Shown here: in pieces, positions 49,832-59,099 of the stretch
Position numbering within the stretch: the stretch's first letter is position 1
How the letters are laid out: the number at the start of each line of letters is the position of its first letter
Assembly: GCA_024408075.1 (NCBI GenBank)
Contig: JAKSVK010000004.1
Span: forward strand, 10,222-74,221
Reading direction: 5' to 3'
DNA: 64,000 bases
Source: Bacilli bacterium
GTDB lineage: Bacteria > Bacillota_I > Bacilli_A > RFN20 > CAG-826
Notes under the pieces: model-generated
The model's database searches: none
What the model saw: only the letters and a program-made list of their open reading frames with translations
What the model was told of the DNA's origin: nothing
Made by a program: the position numbers and the translations under genes

Positions 49832-50578
49832 TTACTTGCTCTCTTTAAACAAAAACCCTCTAAAAGAAAATATTAAAATAGGTGCAATAGCTACAAATAG
49901 AATACAAAAATATTGAGAAGGCGACAATAACCCAATTTGGCCTCTTTCATCACCACGATAAAACTCAATAATAAATCTGAATATTCCATAGCCAATTAAA
50001 TAAATAGGAAGTTCATATTTATAATCTTTGATTGCTAAGAATAATAAAACTCCGCCTAAAATAAGTAAGAAAATCATTTCAATAAGTTGAGTTGGAATCA
50101 CTTTTCCTGGTATTGAAGGAAAACTCATTCCAATCCAAGAAGAAGTCTGTTTTCCATAACAACAACCTGCTAAAAAACACCCTAATCTTCCACAAGCATG
50201 AGCAAAACATATTGAACTTGGAACAATTTTTAATATTGGAATTAATATTGATTCATTATTTTTCATATAGTAAAACCTATGAAGCAATAAGAATGCAACC
50301 GCCCCTCCGAGCAGACCTCCAATAAATGTCATTGCCCAAGTAAATTTTTGATTCTCTCCATTGATCGCATGTTTAATGGCTTCATATATATTCTCAAAGA
50401 GAATAGCTGTTATTATACCTATAGCCAGAGTTATTAAAACAATAATTGTAAAATCTAACATATTAAATTTGCTTTTCTTCTTTAAATAAATAAATGTAAT
50501 AGCAAAAGCCACTATAAAACCAATTATCATCATTAAAGTATAAGAGAAGTTATTAATACCAAATAAATCAGGATACAT
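49832..50578 (-). CDS. lgt: Prolipoprotein diacylglyceryl transferase
   Basis: 248-aa polytopic protein with GGLLGG, GRLGCFLAGCCYG (divergent from GRxGNFxN) and PTQLIE motifs. Confidence 0.78.
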   Translation of the reverse strand: MYPDLFGINNFSYTLMMIIGFIVAFAITFIYLKKKSKFNMLDFTIIVLITLAIGIITAILFENIYEAIKHAINGENQKFTWAMTFIGGLLGGAVAFLLLHRFYYMKNNESILIPILKIVPSSICFAHACGRLGCFLAGCCYGKQTSSWIGMSFPSIPGKVIPTQLIEMIFLLILGGVLLFLAIKDYKYELPIYLIGYGIFRFIIEFYRGDERGQIGLLSPSQYFCILFVAIAPILIFSFRGFLFKESK

Positions 50579-50608
50579 ATAGTTATTTTAACACAATTTT
50601 TAATCGCG

Positions 50609-50617
50609 TGATATACT
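50609..50617 (+). promoter_or_regulatory. Extended -10-like element (TGaTATACT) upstream of arcC, inside a GTGATA-TAC-TATCAC dyad
   Basis: It lies 19 nt upstream of the arcC ATG, and the AAGAGG Shine-Dalgarno sequence lies between. Confidence 0.4.
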
Positions 50618-50636
50618 ATCACTAAGAGGTAAAAAT

Positions 50637-51554
50637 ATGTCACGATATGTCGTATCACTCGGCGGAAACGCTTTAGGAAACAACGCCGAAGAACAAAAAC
50701 AACTTGTTTCAAATGTCGCAAAGTACATTGTTAAATTAATGAAAGATGGCCATGAAGTAGTTATCGTTCATGGAAATGGTCCACAAGTGGGAATGATTAA
50801 TCTAGCATTTAGTGAAAATAATCAAGTCCCTGATATGCCATTCCCAGAATGTGGAGCAATGAGTCAAGGCTACATTGGCTTCCATCTTCAAAATGCACTT
50901 CAAAATGAACTTGCTAAGCAAGGAGTTAAAAGAAACGTAGCTACCGTTGTTAGCCAAGTTGAAGTAAGCAAAGATGATCCATTATTCCAAAATCCTAGTA
51001 AACCTGTTGGTAGTTTCTACACAAAAGAACAAGCCGAACTTTTAGCAAAAGAAAAAGGCTTTACTATGAAAGAAGATGCAGGAAGAGGATACCGTAGAGT
51101 AGTTCCTTCCCCACTTCCAATTGATATAGCTGAAAAAGAAGTTATCAAATCACTAGTTAAATCAGGCAATGTTGTAATTTGTGCAGGCGGGGGAGGTATT
51201 CCTGTAATTAGAGAAAACAATCAATTAACTGGAGTAGCTGCTGTTATTGATAAAGATTACGCTAGCGCATTAGTTGCTGAACTTATCGAAGCTGATTATC
51301 TTGTAATTCTAACCGCCATTGATAATGTTTGTATTAATTACAATAAGCCAGATCAAAAGAAATTAGGAAAAGTATCTCTTAATGAAATTCAAGAGTATAT
51401 GAAAGGTGATTATTTTGCTAAAGGAAGCATGTATCCAAAAGTTAATGCATGTGTCAAATTCCTTACTAGAAACAAAGGCAAAACTGCTATCATTGCAGCG
51501 CTTGAAAATGCACAACTAGCTTTTGAAGAAAAGAGTGGAACAATTATTAAATAA
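50637..51554 (+). CDS. arcC: Carbamate kinase
   Basis: 305 aa with VVSLGGNALG, HGNGPQVG and ICAGGGGIPV. Confidence 0.9.
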   Translation: MSRYVVSLGGNALGNNAEEQKQLVSNVAKYIVKLMKDGHEVVIVHGNGPQVGMINLAFSENNQVPDMPFPECGAMSQGYIGFHLQNALQNELAKQGVKRNVATVVSQVEVSKDDPLFQNPSKPVGSFYTKEQAELLAKEKGFTMKEDAGRGYRRVVPSPLPIDIAEKEVIKSLVKSGNVVICAGGGGIPVIRENNQLTGVAAVIDKDYASALVAELIEADYLVILTAIDNVCINYNKPDQKKLGKVSLNEIQEYMKGDYFAKGSMYPKVNACVKFLTRNKGKTAIIAALENAQLAFEEKSGTIIK

Positions 51555-51604
51555 TAGGAAAAATATTGAAAATTCCCTACAAAACTCAATTATTTCACAA
51601 AAAA

Positions 51605-51635
51605 AGCGGGCCATTGGCTCGCTTTAATTTTTATT
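51605..51635. terminator. Bidirectional terminator between arcC and the membrane ORF
   Basis: AGCGGGCC-ATT-GGCTCGCT (one G-T pair) followed by TTAATTTTT, with an A-run on the left. Confidence 0.65.
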
Positions 51636-51648
51636 TTGAATAGTTCTA

Positions 51649-52212
51649 TTATTTCTTAGCAACTAGTTTGTCTGCTTGTGTACTTGCAATAACAACACCG
51701 CCACCAAGAATTAACATAACAGCAGTTGCAATTGCACCACCATTAAGATTCATATCAGCATATGTTTCTTTAATAGCTTCTTTGTCAGCGCCTACTTTAT
51801 TAGCCAATGCAGAAATGTATCCACTCTTTAAAAGTAAAACAAGAACGGCAGCAACAACAATAACAACACCGCAAACAAGTGTAATGATTTTTTGTGTTTT
51901 TTCATCTTTAACAACAAAGCTAACAACAACAACAGCGATTGCAGCAACAATAGCGAGAATGATACCAATTAATGATAATGTTGGTCTTGCTACATTTGGA
52001 AGTTCTTCTGTAATTTTGCCAACAATAGGAACATCGACAACTGCCTTTTGAGTACCAATGATGAGGCCTTTCATGTTGACGTTAACGACCATGCCCATAT
52101 CATACATGGCTGAACCTTTAAGACCTGCTGTCATACAGACAAAGAATGCAATAATAGCTAAAAGTGCTCCGCCCCAAGCTAAGATATTGCGAAGATTAAG
52201 TTTTTCTTTCAT
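51649..52212 (-). CDS. Hypothetical 4-TM membrane protein (paralog of 42673-43239)
   Basis: 187 aa. It shares an N-terminal L-x-LRNI-...-LLAI(I/V)AF motif, a KS(S/G)(F/Y) motif after TM3, and overall topology with the other copy. Confidence 0.6.
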   Translation of the reverse strand: MKEKLNLRNILAWGGALLAIIAFFVCMTAGLKGSAMYDMGMVVNVNMKGLIIGTQKAVVDVPIVGKITEELPNVARPTLSLIGIILAIVAAIAVVVVSFVVKDEKTQKIITLVCGVVIVVAAVLVLLLKSGYISALANKVGADKEAIKETYADMNLNGGAIATAVMLILGGGVVIASTQADKLVAKK

Positions 52213-52304
52213 TTTTCAAATCCTTTCAAAACTATAATTAAATTATAGAGTATTCATCTTAAATTAGAAATAAAAATTAAACGACGAAAAAATTAGTCAA
52301 CTAA

Positions 52305-53435
52305 TTAGAGAAGTCTCATTCTAATTAATCCATCTAGTTTAATTTCTTTTAAATCAGTTCCTTCAACAAGTAAGGCTCCAACTGAGTTCTTTTCTCCTGT
52401 TACTGATTTAGAAATTTTTGCTCCATTAGCTTTTAAAGCAGCTAGAACTTGTTCACCTAAACCAGCTTTGAATAACATAATAGCTCTTTCTGCTTGTTTA
52501 GGGCCTAAATCTAGACGTGGATAATTGACTGAATTAATAATATTCCCGTTTTCAATGAAATCTACTAATTCTTTAGTTGCCATTGCTGCACAATTATCTT
52601 CAGCCTCTTCAGTAGAAGCGCCTAAGTGAGAAATTGCGATTACGCCATCAGTATTTGCACTTTTTGCATTTGGGAAATCAGTTACATATCTTCTAACTTT
52701 TCCACTTGCTAAAGCTTCACTCATTGCATCATCATCAACTAATGCATCTCTAGCAGCATTGATAACAATAACTCCATCTTTCATTTTGCTAAGTAAAGAA
52801 GCATTAATCATCTTCTTTGTAGCATCTAGTAATGGAACGTGAATTGTAAGATAATCCGCTTCTTTAATTGCTTCTTCTAAAGGAAGTATTTTTACCCCAG
52901 CTAAAAGGTCTTTATTTCTTTCAAGAGTTGCTGGTGATGATTCAACACCAATAACATTCATGCCAAGTTTTTTGCAAGCATCTGCGACCAAAGCTCCAAT
53001 AGCTCCACAACCAATAACCACAAGGGTTTTGCCGAGAATTTCGGTTCCTGCAAAAGCAGATTTTGCCTTTTCCATAGTCTTATTAATTTCTGGATCAGCT
53101 TTATTTTCACTTACCCAATTCATTGAACCACGAATATCTCTAGCAGCAAGAAGCATCATTGCTATAGTTAATTCTTTAACAGCATTTGCGTTAGCTCCAG
53201 GAGTGTTAAAAACAACAACGCCTTTTTCAGCATATTTATCTAAAGGAATGTTATTAACTCCTGCTCCTGCTCTAGCAACAGCTAAAACAGAATTTGGAAG
53301 TTCCATTTCATGCATAGCGGCACTTCTTACAAGTACTGCATTTGCATTATCAATAGAGTCTACCAATTGATAATCTTTTGGAAGTTGTTTTAATCCTACT
53401 GGGGAAATCTTATTTAAACAATGAACATTACGCAT
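52305..53435 (-). CDS. serA: D-3-phosphoglycerate dehydrogenase
   Basis: 2-hydroxyacid dehydrogenase with NAD site VIGCGAIG. The ATG at 53435 lies 1 nt after the serC stop, and the longer track ORF begins at a TTG. Confidence 0.85.
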   Translation of the reverse strand: MRNVHCLNKISPVGLKQLPKDYQLVDSIDNANAVLVRSAAMHEMELPNSVLAVARAGAGVNNIPLDKYAEKGVVVFNTPGANANAVKELTIAMMLLAARDIRGSMNWVSENKADPEINKTMEKAKSAFAGTEILGKTLVVIGCGAIGALVADACKKLGMNVIGVESSPATLERNKDLLAGVKILPLEEAIKEADYLTIHVPLLDATKKMINASLLSKMKDGVIVINAARDALVDDDAMSEALASGKVRRYVTDFPNAKSANTDGVIAISHLGASTEEAEDNCAAMATKELVDFIENGNIINSVNYPRLDLGPKQAERAIMLFKAGLGEQVLAALKANGAKISKSVTGEKNSVGALLVEGTDLKEIKLDGLIRMRLL

Positions 53436-53436
53436 A

Positions 53437-54522
53437 TTATTTATGTGCCTCTTCAAATTCTTTCATGTATTTAATTAAAGCTTCAACCCCTTCAATAGGC
53501 ATTGCGTTATAAATACTTGCTCTAAGTCCACCAATAGATTTATGTCCTTTTAAGTTAGTGAATTTGTATTTTTTAACTTCTTCTAAGAATAATGCATCTA
53601 GTTCATCACTAGGTGTACGGAAAGTAACGTTCATTAATGAACGAGAAGCTGGTTCAACAGCTGTCTTATAGAAGCTTGATGAATCTAAATAATCATATAA
53701 AAGCTTTGCTTTCTTTTCATTAGCAGCTTTTCTTGCTTCTAATCCACCATTTTTAAGTAACCATTTGAAAACTTTTCCACAAATGTAAATTGCATAGGTA
53801 GGTGGAGTATTGTACATTGACCCATTTTCACTATGTGTAGCATATTTTAGATATGCAGGAAGTGGTAAATCTTTGCTTCTTGCAATTAAGTCATCTCTAA
53901 TAATAATGATTGCTACTCCAGCAGGACCAACGTTTTTTTGTGCTCCTGCATAAATCATTCCAAATTTCTTAACATCAATTGGTTCGCTTAAGAAACATGA
54001 TGACATATCACAAATTAAAGGAACATTGCCTGTATTTGGATATTTTTTGTATTTAGTACCATAAATTGTGTTGTTATCACACATATAGACATAGTCTGAG
54101 TCTTCATTAAATTTAATTTTGTCGACATCTGGAATATAAGAAAATTTGCTTTCTTCTGAAGAGGCAACTACTCTTACTTCACCACAAAGCTTAGCATCTG
54201 CCATTGCTTTTTTGGTCCAGATACCTGTATGAATAAGATCAATTTTCTTATTCACTGTCATTAAATTAAGTGGAATCATTCCAAATTGAAGAGTGGCTCC
54301 ACCTTGAATAAATAAGACACGATAGTTGTCAGGAATACCAACAAGCTTTCTTAAATCTGCTTCCGCTTCATCAATAATCTGTTGATACACCTTACTACGG
54401 TGACTCATTTCCATAACAGACATGCCACTACCATTATAATCGAGCATCTCTGCTGCAGCTTCCTTGAGTACTTCTTCAGGAAGCATAGCTGGTCCAGCTG
54501 AGAAATTATAAATTCTAGCCAT
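53437..54522 (-). CDS. serC: Phosphoserine aminotransferase
   Basis: 361 aa, starting MARIYNFSAGPAMLPEEVL, with a class-V aminotransferase layout. Confidence 0.92.
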   Translation of the reverse strand: MARIYNFSAGPAMLPEEVLKEAAAEMLDYNGSGMSVMEMSHRSKVYQQIIDEAEADLRKLVGIPDNYRVLFIQGGATLQFGMIPLNLMTVNKKIDLIHTGIWTKKAMADAKLCGEVRVVASSEESKFSYIPDVDKIKFNEDSDYVYMCDNNTIYGTKYKKYPNTGNVPLICDMSSCFLSEPIDVKKFGMIYAGAQKNVGPAGVAIIIIRDDLIARSKDLPLPAYLKYATHSENGSMYNTPPTYAIYICGKVFKWLLKNGGLEARKAANEKKAKLLYDYLDSSSFYKTAVEPASRSLMNVTFRTPSDELDALFLEEVKKYKFTNLKGHKSIGGLRASIYNAMPIEGVEALIKYMKEFEEAHK

Positions 54523-54556
54523 TACTTAATATTCTCCTTTCAATTTATTTAAGTAA

Positions 54557-55774
54557 TTATTTAATTATCTTTTTTGCTTCAAGATAATAACGTTTTTCAT
54601 TTGCGTGTCCCATAGAAAAGCTCTTTCTTGGTAACACTTGATCTTTACTAATAAATGAGAACAAATCATCTTTAGTTAATGCAGGCATTTTAATTGCAAC
54701 CGCATTTTCATTCCCATCTGCTGTTTTAATTAGTTCATCTTCATCATGAATAAAATCAATTTTGACATCAGGATGAGTAGATAAATATTTATCGATAAAA
54801 GTTTGAACTAATTTATATGCTTCTGGGGCATTACTTGGAAGTCTAAGTTCTCTTTTTTCCTTATTAATATAAGTATAAGAAACAAAATCTCCCTTACATG
54901 CTTTGGTTAAAGCTTCAACAAACTCATTACCACCATTAAATAGGACTCGATGAATTGGTTCAAAAATAATACCTTCATCATATAAATTATTTGCTTCAAC
55001 TAATGCAAATCTTGCAGGATGATCTTCTTTTTCTTTAGAAGTTAATCCCTTTTTAATTAAATCCCAATGTGCTTTTGCGGTAGCTAAAGAATGATTGCCA
55101 TCGCCAACAATGAATAGAAGTCCATTATTCTTCTTATTTTTCGAAGATAAAAGATTAAATTTTGATAAAAGATCTTGTGGGTTAACTTTATATCCACGAA
55201 TATGGCCGCCATCTTTATTTAATTCAAAATCATAAAGACATTCTAATGATTCCCTATTTTCATAAAGAGGTTCAACAATACTTTTTTCTTTATCATCAAA
55301 TAATACCAAAATATGAGGTAACTCTATAGGCGCATCTTTCCTAATTTTTAATCGAGGAGGAATACGTTCTACAATGGTTGCTTCACTCGCTTTTATTGGG
55401 GTTTTGCTACCTTTTTCGAAAGAATAATCTTCTAAATCAACTGCTAAAATAAGACCTAATCTTCTTACTCCATAGCTAGTTGTTCTTTCAACTAAAACAA
55501 AGCACTCTCCAATATCTTCTAGTTTTCCTTCAGCAAGATAACTAGCAATATTCTTATTAATTTGTTTTATATATGAATCATTATCAGTGTGCTCTAGATA
55601 TGCTTCAGGATAAATCATATGAAGGGTAGAAACACTATTTCCTACATATTTAGATAATGAATTCCAATAAGTTAAATTAGACGTATATTGATCGCAAGCA
55701 ATAACGCTATATTTAGACATATCAGTGCCACGAATAGGAAGCAAAATATGTGGCACACGAACAGTATTACTCAT
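54557..55774 (-). CDS. DUF1015 family protein
   Basis: About 405 aa. The ATG at 55772-55774 overlaps the gdhA stop (TAATG). The layout is like DUF1015, with the ACDQYTS and SEATIVERIPPRLKIR regions where the family has PPYDV and HExT...R. Confidence 0.65.
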   Translation of the reverse strand: MSNTVRVPHILLPIRGTDMSKYSVIACDQYTSNLTYWNSLSKYVGNSVSTLHMIYPEAYLEHTDNDSYIKQINKNIASYLAEGKLEDIGECFVLVERTTSYGVRRLGLILAVDLEDYSFEKGSKTPIKASEATIVERIPPRLKIRKDAPIELPHILVLFDDKEKSIVEPLYENRESLECLYDFELNKDGGHIRGYKVNPQDLLSKFNLLSSKNKKNNGLLFIVGDGNHSLATAKAHWDLIKKGLTSKEKEDHPARFALVEANNLYDEGIIFEPIHRVLFNGGNEFVEALTKACKGDFVSYTYINKEKRELRLPSNAPEAYKLVQTFIDKYLSTHPDVKIDFIHDEDELIKTADGNENAVAIKMPALTKDDLFSFISKDQVLPRKSFSMGHANEKRYYLEAKKIIK

Positions 55775-57120
55775 TAGCAAACACCTTGAGCAAGCATTGC
55801 ATCATAAACTTTTAAGAATCCTGCGATATTAGCACCTAAAGCTAAGTTTCGAGGTTGACCGTATTTTACTGCAGTATCATGACATTGTTTAAAGATGTTC
55901 TTCATAATACCTTTAAGTTTTTCGTCTACTTCTTCAAATGTCCATGATAAGTGCATTGCATTTTGACTCATTTCTAAGCCAGAAACAGCAACTCCTCCAG
56001 CATTACTTGCTTTACCTGGAGCAAATAAAACATCATGTGTGTTGAAATATCTAATAGCTTCAACATCTGTTGGCATATTTGCACCTTCAACTAACATATA
56101 ACATCCATTCTTCTTAAGAAGTTCTGCTTCTTTAACTGCAATTTCTCCTTGGGTTGCACATGGAAGAGCGATATCACATGGTGTTGACCATAAACCTCTT
56201 GGTCCTTCAACCCATTTTGCTTCTTTATGTGTAGAAGCATATTCTTTAGAGAACATTCCTTTTTTCTTAGATAATTCAACAATATATGGAACATCAAGTC
56301 CTTTTGGGTCTGTAACATATCCATCAATATCTGACATACCTACTAAAATTGCTCCAAGTTGATGTGCTTTTTCTGCAGCCATACCACCAACTTTTCCACA
56401 ACCAGAAATAATTACTCTTTTGCCTTTGAAATCAGTATGGAAATATTCATTTAACATTTCATTAGCATAATAAAGTAACCCATAACCTGTTGCCTCTGGT
56501 CTTCCTAAGCTTCCGCCATAAGAAATAGCTTTTCCTGTAAATACACCTGACCATTCATCACGGAGTTTTTTATAATATCCAAACATATAGCCAACTTCTC
56601 TAGCTCCAAAGCCCAGGTCTCCAGCAGGAACATCGGTATCTGGTCCAATATGACGATATAATTCAGACATAAACGATTGACAGAATCTCATGACCTCACC
56701 ATCACTTTTTCCACGTGGATTAAAATCAGCTCCACCTTTACCTCCACCCATAGGAAGTCCAGTTAAACTATTTTTAAAGGTTTGTTCAAAACCTAAGAAT
56801 TTTAAAATTGATAAATTTACAGATGGATCAAATCTCATTCCACCTTTATATGGCCCAATTGCAGAATTAAATTGAACCCTATAACCTGTGTTGACTCTAA
56901 TTTTTCCAGAATCATCCACCCAAGGTACTCTCATTTGAATTACTCTTTCAGGAACAATTAATCTTTCTAAAATTGAATATTGTTCAATACGACGATCTTT
57001 TTCTACTAAGAAATCCATTGAATCAAAGAATTCTTCAACCGCTGAAACAAACTCTTTTTCATGTCCATATTTTGCCTTGACTTCTTCAAGCAAATTATTT
57101 AGATAAGCACTTTTATACAT
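55774..57120 (-). CDS. gdhA: NAD(P)-specific glutamate dehydrogenase
   Basis: 448 aa with the GLPMGGGKGGADF catalytic Lys region and GCGKVGG dinucleotide site. Confidence 0.93.
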   Translation of the reverse strand: MYKSAYLNNLLEEVKAKYGHEKEFVSAVEEFFDSMDFLVEKDRRIEQYSILERLIVPERVIQMRVPWVDDSGKIRVNTGYRVQFNSAIGPYKGGMRFDPSVNLSILKFLGFEQTFKNSLTGLPMGGGKGGADFNPRGKSDGEVMRFCQSFMSELYRHIGPDTDVPAGDLGFGAREVGYMFGYYKKLRDEWSGVFTGKAISYGGSLGRPEATGYGLLYYANEMLNEYFHTDFKGKRVIISGCGKVGGMAAEKAHQLGAILVGMSDIDGYVTDPKGLDVPYIVELSKKKGMFSKEYASTHKEAKWVEGPRGLWSTPCDIALPCATQGEIAVKEAELLKKNGCYMLVEGANMPTDVEAIRYFNTHDVLFAPGKASNAGGVAVSGLEMSQNAMHLSWTFEEVDEKLKGIMKNIFKQCHDTAVKYGQPRNLALGANIAGFLKVYDAMLAQGVC

Positions 57121-57270
57121 TTGTTAAAAACCTCCTAAACAAAAATGTGAAAGGACATTAAAAAAATTAATGCCTACAATTTTTGTTAATGTATACAAAT
57201 TTACATGCGTAAATATAATATAACAAATATTATAAAATGCCAAACTTATTATAATTTAATAATACAATTA

Positions 57271-58512
57271 TTAATAATCGTTAGAAATTATTGTTGAGTC
57301 CAAATTAATAATGGCTTTTAATTTTTCATTTTCAAAGAATCTGACAAAGATTGTTTTCTTGGAAATATTCACTACTTCAGTAAATGTTGATTCCCAAAAT
57401 TGATTTAAGTTCATTTGTTGTTGTCTTGATAAAGAACGAACTGATTTACCAAATTCATCCATCATAGCAAAGATAGTATCTTTATATTTATCATCAAATA
57501 TTAATTCATAAGTTAAATAAGGAAGCGCTCCAATATTTTCGCTTCTTGGATCAAATTGACAATTATAAGGATCATATACTTGATAGTAACTTACTTTATC
57601 CATCAATTTATATAAGTCACTTTCGGTTTTAACGCTTTCAATGCCTTCCATTAAAGTGTTATATCTTCCTAAACCTGAGTAAATCCTCTCAATATCAAAA
57701 CATTCTTTATTTAAATAGAAGTTAGTTTGACAAATCTTGTCATCATTCCAATAATATTTGTTTAATCCAAATTCTAAAATTGAAGAATTTCCAAAACGGT
57801 CACAAATAAGAAATGAATAATTCCAATAATGTTCTTGTGAATAAACATTTAAATTTTTGATATATTCTTTTGCTCCTGCTAAATCATCACAGTTTTCAGC
57901 AATATAGCGAGGGAGCTCAAACATATATACTCTTTTCTCTGCATATGGATTTGTGCCTTTACAAGCAAATTTATCTTCGCCTGTAGGCCAATATTCTCCA
58001 TTTCGCATATTAATCTCAATATAAAGACCTTTATCGTTTAATACATCATCACACATGAAAGGAAGGAGCTTATAAAATTTATCCTCAAGTCCTTTATTTG
58101 CTTTAACAATATGATAATCTGGAGAAACATCTCTAAAAGTATATGCTAATCCGACTGTTGAATTTTTATGAGGAACATCAGTTCTAACAATATAAGCACA
58201 TTTATTTGAAATATTTAAATCCATGTTTCTTCCAACAGCGAAATCATTATTCTCTAAAGTGGTTTTAATAGCGCTACAGCCTCCACCCTGTGGTTCATCA
58301 ATTTCCCACTTGTCATAAGTGCTTAAATAATATTGATCAGCATACTCTTCATCTAAGGTTTTATATTTAGGTACTTCAAAAATATGATCTGCAATCTCAT
58401 AAACTTGGTGAATAATTGGTTGTGTGCCTTTATTATCTCCGCATCCAACCAATACAGATAAAGAAGTTAATAACGTAAGAGTAAAAAGATATTTAGTTTT
58501 CATAAATTGCAT
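57271..58512 (-). CDS. Lipoprotein of the choloylglycine hydrolase / penicillin V acylase (Ntn, linear amide C-N hydrolase) family
   Basis: 413 aa with lipobox LVG-C-GDN at residues ~21-24. The internal sequence GGG-CSAIKTTLENNDFAVGRNMD reproduces the Cys...Arg(+16)...Asp(+19) spacing of BSH (C2, R18, D21). Confidence 0.7.
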   Translation of the reverse strand: MQFMKTKYLFTLTLLTSLSVLVGCGDNKGTQPIIHQVYEIADHIFEVPKYKTLDEEYADQYYLSTYDKWEIDEPQGGGCSAIKTTLENNDFAVGRNMDLNISNKCAYIVRTDVPHKNSTVGLAYTFRDVSPDYHIVKANKGLEDKFYKLLPFMCDDVLNDKGLYIEINMRNGEYWPTGEDKFACKGTNPYAEKRVYMFELPRYIAENCDDLAGAKEYIKNLNVYSQEHYWNYSFLICDRFGNSSILEFGLNKYYWNDDKICQTNFYLNKECFDIERIYSGLGRYNTLMEGIESVKTESDLYKLMDKVSYYQVYDPYNCQFDPRSENIGALPYLTYELIFDDKYKDTIFAMMDEFGKSVRSLSRQQQMNLNQFWESTFTEVVNISKKTIFVRFFENEKLKAIINLDSTIISNDY

Positions 58513-58541
58513 CCTCCACCTATATTTTAATATATTCTTGA

Positions 58542-59099
58542 TTAATCAGTAAAATTATTTACCTGTGATATATTTTTTCTTCGATAATTGATTAACAGCT
58601 CTAATGGATATTCAAAAGAACACAATATGAATGTAACTCCGAAGAAAATTACATGGATGTGTAAACCTTCATTTAAATGGATACATAGTAAAATTCCTAA
58701 AACAATATCTATTAATGAAGCAATAATATCAATGATTTGTAATTTATTTTCTTTGATTTTCGGAGCTGCAAAAACGATTTCACAAGTACCTCGAATAATA
58801 TCAAGTACTCCCCAAAGAATGCAAAGTGTTTTAAAAGTAAAGTTACAAATAAAAAATAAAATGCCTATGATTATCCCAATTATTGCAAGAATTAGAAAAC
58901 ACGAAAAAACCTTATTCCTATATCCTTCATTAATTAAATATAAAAGTAAGTGAACGATTGACCCGATAATAACTAAAACTGCATATCCATTATATGTTTT
59001 ATCAACATAAAGAAATTCATAGCAAAATATAAATATGCTACCTAGAAGATAAAATAAGAAAAGAGCAAATGATAAGAGGGTCTTTGCTTTAGCGCTCAT
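58542..59099 (-). CDS. Hypothetical polytopic membrane protein
   Basis: 185 aa with ~6 hydrophobic helices. It has a 4-nt overlap with the upstream GT4 gene. Confidence 0.5.
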   Translation of the reverse strand: MSAKAKTLLSFALFLFYLLGSIFIFCYEFLYVDKTYNGYAVLVIIGSIVHLLLYLINEGYRNKVFSCFLILAIIGIIIGILFFICNFTFKTLCILWGVLDIIRGTCEIVFAAPKIKENKLQIIDIIASLIDIVLGILLCIHLNEGLHIHVIFFGVTFILCSFEYPLELLINYRRKNISQVNNFTD

